Part shown: positions 1 to 11,240 of the stretch, piece by piece
How the letters are laid out: every line of letters starts with the position of its first letter
Numbering within the stretch: position 1 is the first letter of the stretch
Origin: Balanoglossus misakiensis
Taxonomy: Eukaryota > Animalia > Hemichordata
Length of the DNA: 64,000 nucleotides
Reading direction: 5' to 3'
Assembly (NCBI GenBank): GCA_040954595.2
Contig: CM082598.2
Location: 9,067,097-9,131,096, forward strand
Translations under genes and position numbers: made by a program
The notes under the pieces: generated by a model
Databases searched by the model: none
What the model saw: only the letters and a program-made list of their open reading frames with translations
Told to the model about the DNA's origin: nothing

Positions 1-2838
1 AATTTGTTGCCGCCATTCTTTGTAGGGGAGAAACGATGGCAGAGAATTTATTGCCGCCATTCTTGGAAGGGGAGAAATAACGGCTGAGAGTTTGTTGCCG
101 CCATTCTTTGTAGTGGAGAAACGATGGCAGAGAGTTTGTTGCCGCCATTCTTGGGAGGGGAGAAATGATGGCTGAGAATTTGTTGCCGCCATTCTTGGGA
201 GGGGAGAAATGATGGCAGAGAGTTTGTTGCCGCCATTCTTGGGAGGGGAGAAATGATGGCAGTGAATTTATTGCCGCCATCCTTGGGAGGGGAGAAATAA
301 CGGCTAAGAGTTTGTTGCCGCCATTCGCGTGAGGGGCGAAATGAGGGCAGAGAATATTTCACGGTTGCCGCCATTCTTTGGACAAGACAAATGATGGCAG
401 ACAATTTGTTGCCGCCGTTCTTGGGAGGGGAGAAATAACGGCTGAGAGTTTATTGCCGCCATTCTCGGGAGGGGAGAAATGATGGCAGAGAATTTGTTGC
501 CGCCATTCTTTGTAGGGGAGAAACGATGGCAGAGAATTTATTGCCGCCATTCTTGGGAGGGGAGAAATGATGGCAGAGAATTTATTGCCGCCATCCTTGG
601 GAGGGGAGAAATAACGGCTAAGAGTTTGTTGCCGCCATTCGTGTGAGGGGCGAAATGAGGGCAGAGAATATTTCACGGTTGCCGCCATTCTTTGGACAGG
701 ACAAATGATGGCAGAGAATTTGTTGCCGCCATTCTTGGGAGGGGAGAAATAACGGCTGAGAGTTTGTTGCCGCCATTCTTGGGCGGGGAGAAATGATGGC
801 AGAGAATTTGTTGCCGCCATTCTTGGGAGGGGAGAAATGATGGCTGAGAATTTGTTGCCGCCATTCTTTGGAGGGGAGAAATGATGGCAGAGAATTTATT
901 GCCGCCATCCTTGGGAGGGGAGAAATAACGGCTGAGAGTTTGTTGCCGCCATTCTTGGGAGGGGAGAAATGATGGCAGACAATTTGTTGCCGCCATTCTT
1001 TGTAGGGGAGAAACGATGGCACAGAATTTATTACCGCCATTCTTGGGAGGGGAGAAATGATGGCAGAGAGTTTATTGCCGCCATTCTCGGGAGGGGAGAA
1101 ATGATGGCAGAGAATTTGTTGCCGCCATTCTTTGTAGGGGAGAAACGATGGCAGAGAATTTATTGCCGCCATTCTTGGAAGGGGAGAAATAACGGCTGAG
1201 AGTTTGTTGCCGCCATTCTTTGTAGTGGAGAAACGATGGCAGAGAGTTTGTTGCCGCCATTCTTGGGAGGGGAGAAATGATGGCTGCGAATTTGTTGCCG
1301 CCATTCTTGGGAGGGGAAAAATAACGGATGAGAGTTTGTTGCCGCCATTTTTGGAAGGGGAGAAATAAGGGCTGAGAGTTTGTTGCCGCCATTCTTGGGA
1401 GGGGAGAAATGATGGCAGATAATTTGTTGCCGCCATTCTTTGTAGGGGAGAAACGATGGCAGAGAATTTATTGCCGCCATTCTTTGTAGGGGAGAAACGA
1501 TGGCAGAGAATTTATTGCCGCCATTCTTGGAAGGAGAGAAATAAGGGCTAAGAGTTTGTTGCCGCCATTCTTGGGAGGGGAGAAATGATGGCAGATAATT
1601 TGTTGCCGCCATTCTTTGTAGGGGAGAAACGATGGCAGAGAATTTATTGCCGCCATTCTTTGTAGGGGAGAAACGATGGCAGAGACTTTATTGCCGCCAT
1701 TCTTGGAAGGAGAGAAATAAGGGCTGAGAGTTTGTTGCCGCCATTCTTGGGAGGGGAGAAATGACGGCAGAGAATTTGTTGCCGCCATTCTTGGGAGGGG
1801 AGAAATAACGGCTGAGAGTTTGTTGCCGTCATTCGCGGGATGGGCGAAATGAGGGCAGAGAATATTTTACGGTTGCTGCCATTCTTTGCAGAGGAAAAAT
1901 GAGGGCAGAGAATTTATTGCCGCCATCCTTGGGAAGGGAGAAATAACGGCTGAGAGTTTGTTGCCGCCATTATTGGGAGGGGAGAAATGATAGCAGTGAA
2001 TTTGTTACCGCCATTCTTGGGAGGGGTGAAATAACGGCTGAGAGTTTGTTGCCGCCATTCTTGGGAGGGTAGAAATAACGGCTGAGAGTTTGTTGCCGCC
2101 ATTCTTGGGAGGGAAAAATGATGGCTGAGAATTCGTTGCCGCCATTCTTTGGAGCGGAGAAATGATGGCAGAGAATTTATTGCCGCCATCATTGGGAGGG
2201 GAGAAATGATGGCAGAGACTTTATTGCCGCCATTCTCGGGAGGGGAGAAATAACGGCTGAGAGTTTGTTGCCGCCATTCTTGGGCGGGGAGAAATAACGG
2301 CTGAGAATTTGTTGCCGCCATTCTTGGGAGGGGAGAAATGATGGCAGAGAATTTATTGCCGCCGTCATTGGGAGGGGAGAAATAACGGCTGAGAGTTTGT
2401 TGCCGCCATTCTTGGGCGTGGAGAAATGATAGCAGAGAATTTGTTGCCGCCATTCTTGGGAGGGGAGAAATCATGGCTGAGAATTCGTTGCCGCCATTCT
2501 TTGGAGCGGAGAAATGATGGCAGAGAATTTATTGCCGCCATCATTGGGAGGGGAGAAATGATGGCAGAGAATTTGTTGCCGCCATCCTTGGGAGGGGAGA
2601 AATAACGGCTGAGTGTTTGTTGCCGCCATTCTTTGGAGGGGAGAAATGATGGCAAAGAATTTATTGCCGCCATCCTTGGGAGGGGAGAAATAACGGCTGA
2701 GTGTTTGTTGCCGCCATTCTTTGGAGGGGAGAAATGATGGCAGGAATTTATTGCCGCCATTCTTGGGAGGGGAGAAATAACGGCTGAGTGTTTGTTGCCG
2801 CCATTCTTGGGCGGGGAGAAATGATGGCAGAGAATTTG

Positions 2839-5800
2839 TTGCCGCCATTCTTGGGAGGGGAGAAATGATGGCAGAGAATTTATTGCTGCCATCCTTGGGA
2901 GGGGAGAAATAACGGCTGAGTGTTTGTTGCCGCCATTCTTTGGAGGGGAGAAATGATGGCAGAGAATTTATTGCCGCCATCCTTGGGAGGGGAGAAATAA
3001 CGGCTGAGTGTTTGTTGCCGCCATTCTTGGGCGGGGAGAAATGATGGCAGAGAATTTGTTGCCGCCATTCTTGGGAGGGGAGAAATGATGGCTGAGAATT
3101 AGTTGCCGCCATTCTTGGGAGGGGAGAAATGATGGCTGAGAATTTGTTGCCGCCATTCTTGGGTGGGGAGAAATGATGGCAGAGAATTTGTTTCCGCCAT
3201 TCTTGGGAGGAAAGAAATAACGGCTGAGAATTTGTTGCCGCCATTCTTGGGCGGGGAGAATTGATGGCAGAGAATTTGTTGCCGCCATTCTTGGGCAGGG
3301 AGAAATGATGGCAGAGAATTTGTTGCCGCCATCCTTGGGAGGGGAGAAATAACGGCTAAGAGTTTGTTGCCGCCATTCGCGTGAGGGGCGAAATGAGGGC
3401 AGAGAATATTTCACGGTTGCCTCCATTCTTTGGACAGGACAAATGATGGCAGAGAATTTGTTGCCGCCATTCTTGGGAGAGGAGAAATAACGGCAGAGAA
3501 TTTGTTGCCGCCATTCTTGGGAAGGGAGAAATAACGGCTAAGAGTTTGTTGCCGCCATTCTTGGGAGAGGAGAAATAACGGCTGAGAGTTTGTTGCCGCC
3601 ATTCTTGGGAGGGGAGAAATAACGGCTGAGAGTTTGTTGCCGCCATTCTTTGTAGGGGAGATACGATGGCAGAGAATTTATTGCCGCCATTCTTGGAAGG
3701 GGACAAATAATGGCTGAGAGTTTGTTGCCGCCATTCTTTGTAGTGGAGAAACGATGGCAGAGAGTTTGTTGCCGCCATTCTTGGGAGGGGAGAAATGATG
3801 GCTGAGAATTTGTTGCCGCCATTCTCGGGAGGGGAGAAATAACGTCTGAGAGTTTGTTGCCGCCATTCTTTGTAGGGGAGAAACGATGACAGAGAATTTA
3901 TTGCCGCCATTCTTGGAAGGGGAGAAATAACGGCTGAGAGTTTGTTGCCCGCCATTCTTGGGAGGGGAGAAATAACGGCTGAGAGTTTGTTGCCGCCATT
4001 CTTTGTAGGGGAGAAACGATGACAGAGAATTTGTTGCCGCCATTCTTGGGAGGGGAGAACTAACGGCTGAGAGTTTGTTGCCGCCATTCTTGGGAGGGGA
4101 GAAATAACGGCTGAGAGTTTGTTGCCGCCATTCTTGGGAGGGGAGAAATAACGGCTGAGAGTTTGTTGCCGCCATTCTTTGTAGGGGAGAAACGATGACA
4201 GAGAATTTATTGCCGCCATTCTTTGTAGGGGAAAAACGATGGCAGAGACTTTATTGCCGCCATTCTTGGGAGGGGAGAAATATTAGGGCTGAGAGTTTGT
4301 TGCCGCCATTCTTGGGAGGGGAGAAGCGATGGCAGAGACTTTATTGCCGCCATTCTTGGAAGGGGAGAAATAAGGGCTGAGAGTTTGTTGCCGCCATTCT
4401 TGGGAGGGGAGAAACGATGGCAGAGAATTTATTGCCGCCATTCTTTGTAGGGGAGAAACGATGGCAGAGAATTTATTGCCGCCATTCTTTGTAGGGGAGA
4501 AACGATGGCAGAGACTTTATTGCCGCCATTCTTGGGAGGGGAGAAATGATGGCAGAGAATTTATTGCTGCCATCCTTGGGAGGGGAGAAATAACGGCTGA
4601 GTGTTTGTTGCCGCCATTCTTTGGAGGGGAGAAATGATGGCAGAGAATTTATTGCCGCCATCCTTGGGAGGGGAGAAATAACGGCTGAGTGTTTGTTGCC
4701 GCCATTCTTGGGCGGGGAGAAATGATGGCAGAGAATTTGTTGCCGCCATTCTTGGGAGGGGAGAAATGATGGCTGAGAATTAGTTGCCGCCATTCTTGGG
4801 AGGGGAGAAATGATGGCTGAGAATTTGTTGCCGCCATTCTTGGGTGGGGAGAAATGATGGCAGAGAATTTGTTTCCGCCATTCTTGGGAGGAAAGAAATA
4901 ACGGCTGAGAATTTGTTGCCGCCATTCTTGGGCGGGGAGAATTGATGGCAGAGAATTTGTTGCCGCCATTCTTGGGCAGGGAGAAATGATGGCAGAGAAT
5001 TTGTTGCCGCCATCCTTGGGAGGGGAGAAATAACGGCTAAGAGTTTGTTGCCGCCATTCGCGTGAGGGGCGAAATGAGGGCAGAGAATATTTCACGGTTG
5101 CCTCCATTCTTTGGACAGGACAAATGATGGCAGAGAATTTGTTGCCGCCATTCTTGGGAGAGGAGAAATAACGGCAGAGAATTTGTTGCCGCCATTCTTG
5201 GGAAGGGAGAAATAACGGCTAAGAGTTTGTTGCCGCCATTCTTGGGAGAGGAGAAATAACGGCTGAGAGTTTGTTGCCGCCATTCTTGGGAGGGGAGAAA
5301 TAACGGCTGAGAGTTTGTTGCCGCCATTCTTTGTAGGGGAGATACGATGGCAGAGAATTTATTGCCGCCATTCTTGGAAGGGGACAAATAATGGCTGAGA
5401 GTTTGTTGCCGCCATTCTTTGTAGTGGAGAAACGATGGCAGAGAGTTTGTTGCCGCCATTCTTGGGAGGGGAGAAATGATGGCTGAGAATTTGTTGCCGC
5501 CATTCTCGGGAGGGGAGAAATAACGTCTGAGAGTTTGTTGCCGCCATTCTTTGTAGGGGAGAAACGATGACAGAGAATTTATTGCCGCCATTCTTGGAAG
5601 GGGAGAAATAACGGCTGAGAGTTTGTTGCCCGCCATTCTTGGGAGGGGAGAAATAACGGCTGAGAGTTTGTTGCCGCCATTCTTTGTAGGGGAGAAACGA
5701 TGACAGAGAATTTGTTGCCGCCATTCTTGGGAGGGGAGAACTAACGGCTGAGAGTTTGTTGCCGCCATTCTTGGGAGGGGAGAAATAACGGCTGAGAGTT

Positions 5801-6200
5801 TGTTGCCGCCATTCTTGGGAGGGGAGAAATAACGGCTGAGAGTTTGTTGCCGCCATTCTTTGTAGGGGAGAAACGATGACAGAGAATTTATTGCCGCCAT
5901 TCTTTGTAGGGGAAAAACGATGGCAGAGACTTTATTGCCGCCATTCTTGGGAGGGGAGAAATATTAGGGCTGAGAGTTTGTTGCCGCCATTCTTGGGAGG
6001 GGAGAAGCGATGGCAGAGACTTTATTGCCGCCATTCTTGGAAGGGGAGAAATAAGGGCTGAGAGTTTGTTGCCGCCATTCTTGGGAGGGGAGAAACGATG
6101 GCAGAGAATTTATTGCCGCCATTCTTTGTAGGGGAGAAACGATGGCAGAGAATTTATTGCCGCCATTCTTTGTAGGGGAGAAACGATGGCAGAGACTTTA
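2839..6200. repeat. Tandem duplication of a 1,681-bp satellite block (2 copies; boundaries approximate)
   Basis: Identical translations offset by 1681 (2968/4649, 3356/5037, 4195/5876); 1681 = 38x44 + 9, matching the +6, +1 and +2 indel monomers inside the block. Confidence 0.92.
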
Positions 6201-8690
6201 TTGCCGCCATTCTTGGAAGGGGAGAAATAAGGGCTGAGAGTTTGTTGCCGCCATTCTTGGGAGGGGAGTAATGACGGCAGAGAATTTGTTGCCGCCATTC
6301 TTGGGAGGGGAGAAATAACGGCTGAGAGTTTGTTGCCACCATTCGCGGGATGGGCGAAATGAGGGCAGAGAATATTTTACGGTTGCTGCCATTCTTTGCA
6401 GAGGAGAAATGAGGGCAGAGAATTTATTGCCGCCATCCTTGGGAAGGGAGAAGTAACGGCTGAGAGTATGTTGCCGCCATTTTCGGGAGGGGAGAAATGA
6501 TAGCAGAGAATTTGTTGCCGCCAGTCTTGGGAGGGTAGAAATAACGGCTGAGAGTTTGTTGCCGCCATTCTTGGGAGGGGAGAAGCGATGGCAGAGACTT
6601 TATTGCCGCCATTCTTGGAAGGGGAGAAATAAGGGCTGAGAGTTTGTTGCCGCCATTCTTGGGAGGGGAGAAACGATGGCAGAGAATTTATTGCCGCCAT
6701 TCTTTGTAGGGGAGAAACGTTGGCAGAGAATTTATTGCCGCCATTCTTTGTAGGGGAGAAACGATGGCAGAGACTTTATTGCCGCCATTCTTGGAAGGGG
6801 AGAAATAAGGGCTGAGAATTTGTTGCCGCCATTCTTGGGAGGGGAGAAATAACGGCTGAGAGTTTGTTGCCACCATTCGCGGGATGGGCGAAATGAGGGC
6901 AGAGAATATTTTACGGTTGCTGCCATTCTTTGCAGAGGAGAAATGAGGGCAGAGAATTTATTGCCGCCATCCTTGGGAAGGGAGAAGTAACGGCTGAGAG
7001 TATGTTGCCGCCATTTTCGGGAGGGGAGAAATGATAGCAGAGAATTTGTTGCCGCCAGTCTTGGGGGGGGATGAGAAATAACGGCTGAGAGTTTGTTGCC
7101 GCCATTCTTGGGAGGGTAGAAATAACGGCTGAGAGTTTGTTGCCGCCATTCTTGGGAGGGGAGAAATAACGGCTGAGAATTTGTTGCCGCCATTCTTTGG
7201 AGGGGAGAAATAACCGCTGAGAGTTTGTTGCCGCCATTCTTGGGAGGGGAGAAATGATGGCAGAGAATTTGTTGCCGCCATTCTTTGTAGGGGAGAAACG
7301 ATGGCAGAGAATTTATTGCCGCCATTCTTTGTAGGGGAGAAACGATGGCAGAGACTTTATTGCCGCCATTCTTGGAAGGGGAGAAATAAGGGCTGAGAGT
7401 TTGTTGCCGCCATTCTTGGGAGGGGAGTAATGACGGCAGAGAATTTGTTGCCGCCATTCTTGGGAGGGGAGAAATAACGGCTGAGAGTTTGTTGCCACCA
7501 TTCGCGGGATGGGCGAAATGAGGGCAGAGAATATTTTACGGTTGCTGCCATTCTTTGCAGAGGAGAAATGAGGGCAGAGAATTTATTGCCGCCATCCTTG
7601 GGAAGGGAGAAGTAACGGCTGAGAGTATGTTGCCGCCATTTTCGGGAGGGGAGAAATGATAGCAGAGAATTTGTTGCCGCCAGTCTTGGGGGGGGGGGAT
7701 GAGAAATAACGGCTGAGAGTTTGTTGCCGCCATTCTTGGGAGGGTAGAAATAACGGCTGAGAGTTTGTTGCCGCCATTCTTGGGAGGGGAGAAATAACGG
7801 CTGAGAATTTGTTGCCGCCATTCTTTGGAGGGGAGAAATAACCGCTGAGAGTTTGTTGCCGCCATTCTTGGGAGGGGAGAAATGATGGCAGAGAATTTGT
7901 TGCCGCCATTCTTGGGAGGGGAGAAATCATGGCTGAGAATTTGTTGCCGCCATTCTTTGGAGGGGAGAAATGATGGCAGAGAATTTATTGCCGCCATCCT
8001 TGGGAGGGGAGAAATAACGGATGAGAGTTTGTTGCCGCCATTCTTGGGAGGGGAGAAATATTAGGGCTGAGAATTTGTTGCCGCCATTCTTGGGAGGGGA
8101 GAAATGATGCCAGATAATCTGTTGCCGCCATTCTTTGTAGGGGAGAAACGATGGCTGAGAATTTATTGCCGCCATTCGTTGTAGGGGAGAAACGATGGCA
8201 GAGAATTTGTTGCCGCCATTCTTGGGAGGGGAGAAATTACGGCTGAGAGTTTGTTGCCGCCATTATTGGGAGGGGAGAAATGATAGCAGAGAATTTGTTG
8301 CCGCCATTCTTGGGGGGGGGGGAGAAATAACGGCAGAGAGTTTGTTGCCGCCATTCTTGGGAGGAGAGAAATAACGGCTGAGAGTTTGTTGCCGCCATTA
8401 TTGGGAGGGGAGAAATAAGGGCTGAGAGTTTGTTGCCGCCCTTATTGGGAGAGGAGAAACGATGGCTGAGAATTTATTGCCGCCATCCTTGGGAGGGTAA
8501 AATAACGGCTGACAGTTTGTTGCCGCCATTCTTGGGAGGGGAGAAATGATGGCTGAGAATTTATTGCCGCCATCATTGGGAGGGGAAAATAACAGCTGAC
8601 AGTTTGTTGCCGCCATTCTTGGGAGGGCAGAAGCGATGGCAGAGACTTTATTGCCGCCATTCTTGGAAGGGGAGAAATAAGGGCTGAGAG

Positions 8691-11090
8691 TTTGTTGCCG
8701 CCATTCTTGGGAGGGGAGAAATAATGGCAGATAATTTGTTGCCGCCATTCTTTGTAGGGGAGAAACGATGGCAGAGAATTTATTGCCGCCATTCTTTGTA
8801 GGGGAGAAACGATGGCACAGAATTTATTGCCGCCATTCTTTGTAGGGGAGAAACGATGGCAGAGACTTTATTGCCGCCATTCTTGGAAGGGGAGAAATAA
8901 GGGCTGAGAGTTTGTTGCCGCCATTCTTGGGAGGGGAGTAATGACGGCAGAGAATTTGTTGCCGCCATTCTTGGGAGGGGAGAAATAACGGCTGAGAGTT
9001 TGTTGCCACCATTCGCGGGATGGGCGAAATGAGGGCAGAGAATATTTTACGGTTGCTGCCATTCTTTGCAGAGGAAAAATGATGGCAGAGAATTTATTGC
9101 CGCCATCCTTGGGAAGGGAGAAATAACGGCTGAGAGTTTGTTGCCGCCATTATTGGGAGGGGAGAAATGATAGCAGGGAATTTGTTGCCGCCATTCTTGG
9201 GAGGGTAGAAATAACGGCTGAGAATTTGTTGCCGCCATTCTTGGGAGGGGAGAAATAACGGCTGAGAGTTTGTTGCCACCATTCGCGGGATGGGCGAAAT
9301 GAGGGCAGAGAATATTTTACGGTTGCCGCCATTCTTTGGAGCGGAGAAATGATGGCAGAGAATTTATTGCCGCCATCATTGGGAGGGGAGAAATGATGGC
9401 AGAGACTTTATTGCCGCCATTCTCGGGAGGGGAGAAATAACGGCTGAGAGTTTGTTGCCGCCATTCTTGGGCGGGGAGAAATAACGGCTGAGAATTTGTT
9501 GCCGCCATTCTTGGGTGGGGAGAAATGATGGCAGAGAATTTATTGCCGCCATCATTGGGAGGGGAGAAATAACGGCTGAGAGTTTGTTGCCGCCATTCTT
9601 GGGCGTGGAGAAATGATAGCAGAAAATTTGTTGCCGCCATTCTTGGGAGGGGAGAAATAAGGGCTGGGAGTTTGTTGCCGCCATTCTTGGGAGGGGAGAA
9701 ACGATGGCAGAGAATTTATTGCCGCCATTCTTTGTAGGGGAGAAACGATGGCAGAGAATTTATTGACGCCATTCTTTGTAGGGGAGAAACGATGGCAGAG
9801 ACTTTATTGCCGCCATTCTTGGAAGGAGAGAAATAAGGGCTGAGAGTTTGTTGCCGCCATTCTTGGGAGGGGAGAAATGACGGCAGAGAATTTGTTGCCG
9901 CCATTCTTGGGAGGGGAGAAATAATGGCAGATAATTTGTTGCCGCCATTCTTTGTAGGGGAGAAACGATGGCAGAGAATTTATTGCCGCCATTCTTTGTA
10001 GGGGAGAAACGATGGCACAGAATTTATTGCCGCCATTCTTTGTAGGGGAGAAACGATGGCAGAGACTTTATTGCCGCCATTCTTGGAAGGGGAGAAATAA
10101 GGGCTGAGAGTTTGTTGCCGCCATTCTTGGGAGGGGAGTAATGACGGCAGAGAATTTGTTGCCGCCATTCTTGGGAGGGGAGAAATAACGGCTGAGAGTT
10201 TGTTGCCACCATTCGCGGGATGGGCGAAATGAGGGCAGAGAATATTTTACGGTTGCTGCCATTCTTTGCAGAGGAAAAATGATGGCAGAGAATTTATTGC
10301 CGCCATCCTTGGGAAGGGAGAAATAACGGCTGAGAGTTTGTTGCCGCCATTATTGGGAGGGGAGAAATGATAGCAGGGAATTTGTTGCCGCCATTCTTGG
10401 GAGGGTAGAAATAACGGCTGAGAATTTGTTGCCGCCATTCTTGGGAGGGGAGAAATAACGGCTGAGAGTTTGTTGCCACCATTCGCGGGATGGGCGAAAT
10501 GAGGGCAGAGAATATTTTACGGTTGCCGCCATTCTTTGGAGCGGAGAAATGATGGCAGAGAATTTATTGCCGCCATCATTGGGAGGGGAGAAATGATGGC
10601 AGAGACTTTATTGCCGCCATTCTCGGGAGGGGAGAAATAACGGCTGAGAGTTTGTTGCCGCCATTCTTGGGCGGGGAGAAATAACGGCTGAGAATTTGTT
10701 GCCGCCATTCTTGGGTGGGGAGAAATGATGGCAGAGAATTTATTGCCGCCATCATTGGGAGGGGAGAAATAACGGCTGAGAGTTTGTTGCCGCCATTCTT
10801 GGGCGTGGAGAAATGATAGCAGAAAATTTGTTGCCGCCATTCTTGGGAGGGGAGAAATAAGGGCTGGGAGTTTGTTGCCGCCATTCTTGGGAGGGGAGAA
10901 ACGATGGCAGAGAATTTATTGCCGCCATTCTTTGTAGGGGAGAAACGATGGCAGAGAATTTATTGACGCCATTCTTTGTAGGGGAGAAACGATGGCAGAG
11001 ACTTTATTGCCGCCATTCTTGGAAGGAGAGAAATAAGGGCTGAGAGTTTGTTGCCGCCATTCTTGGGAGGGGAGAAATGACGGCAGAGAA
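8691..11090. repeat. Tandem duplication of a 1,200-bp satellite block (2 copies)
   Basis: Lines from 8701 and 9901 onward read identically; ORF pairs 8780/9980, 9317/10517, 9716/10916; 1200 = 27x44 + 2x6. Confidence 0.93.
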
Positions 11091-11224
11091 TTTGTTGCCG
11101 CCATTCTTGGGAGGGGAGAAATAACGGCTGAGAGTTTGTTGCCGCCATTCGCGGGATGGGCGAAATGAGGGCAGAGAATATTTTACGGTTGCCGGCATTC
11201 TTTGTAGTGGAGAAATGATGGCAG

Positions 11225-11238
11225 AGAATTTATTGCCG
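11225..11238 (+). repeat. Left 14-bp target-site duplication of the LINE (AGAATTTATTGCCG)
   Basis: Same 14-mer at 13789-13802; only one copy at the empty paralogous site 24293-24306. Confidence 0.9.
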
Positions 11239-11240
11239 GG

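Larger units (their letters stand above)
1..11238. repeat. 44-bp tandem satellite array, segment 1 (runs off the left edge)
   Basis: Head-to-tail copies of AATTTGTTGCCGCCATTCTTGGGAGGGGAGAAATGATGGCAGAG with recurrent variants (TAACGGCT, CGATGGCA, TAAGGGCT, CTTTGTAGG, ATCCTT); GCCGCCAT core recurs every 44 bp. Confidence 0.99.

Noticed and set aside
1-176. Four monomers = 176 bp as a nucleosome-phased unit
   Set aside because: No 4-mer higher-order period is visible, and length coincidence alone is not evidence
8174-8190. CENP-B box-like motif (ATTCGTTGTAGGGGAGA; also ATTCGCGGGATGGGCGA)
   Set aside because: Only 7 of 9 core positions of TTCGnnnnAnnCGGG match, the second CpG is missing, and the variants are a small minority
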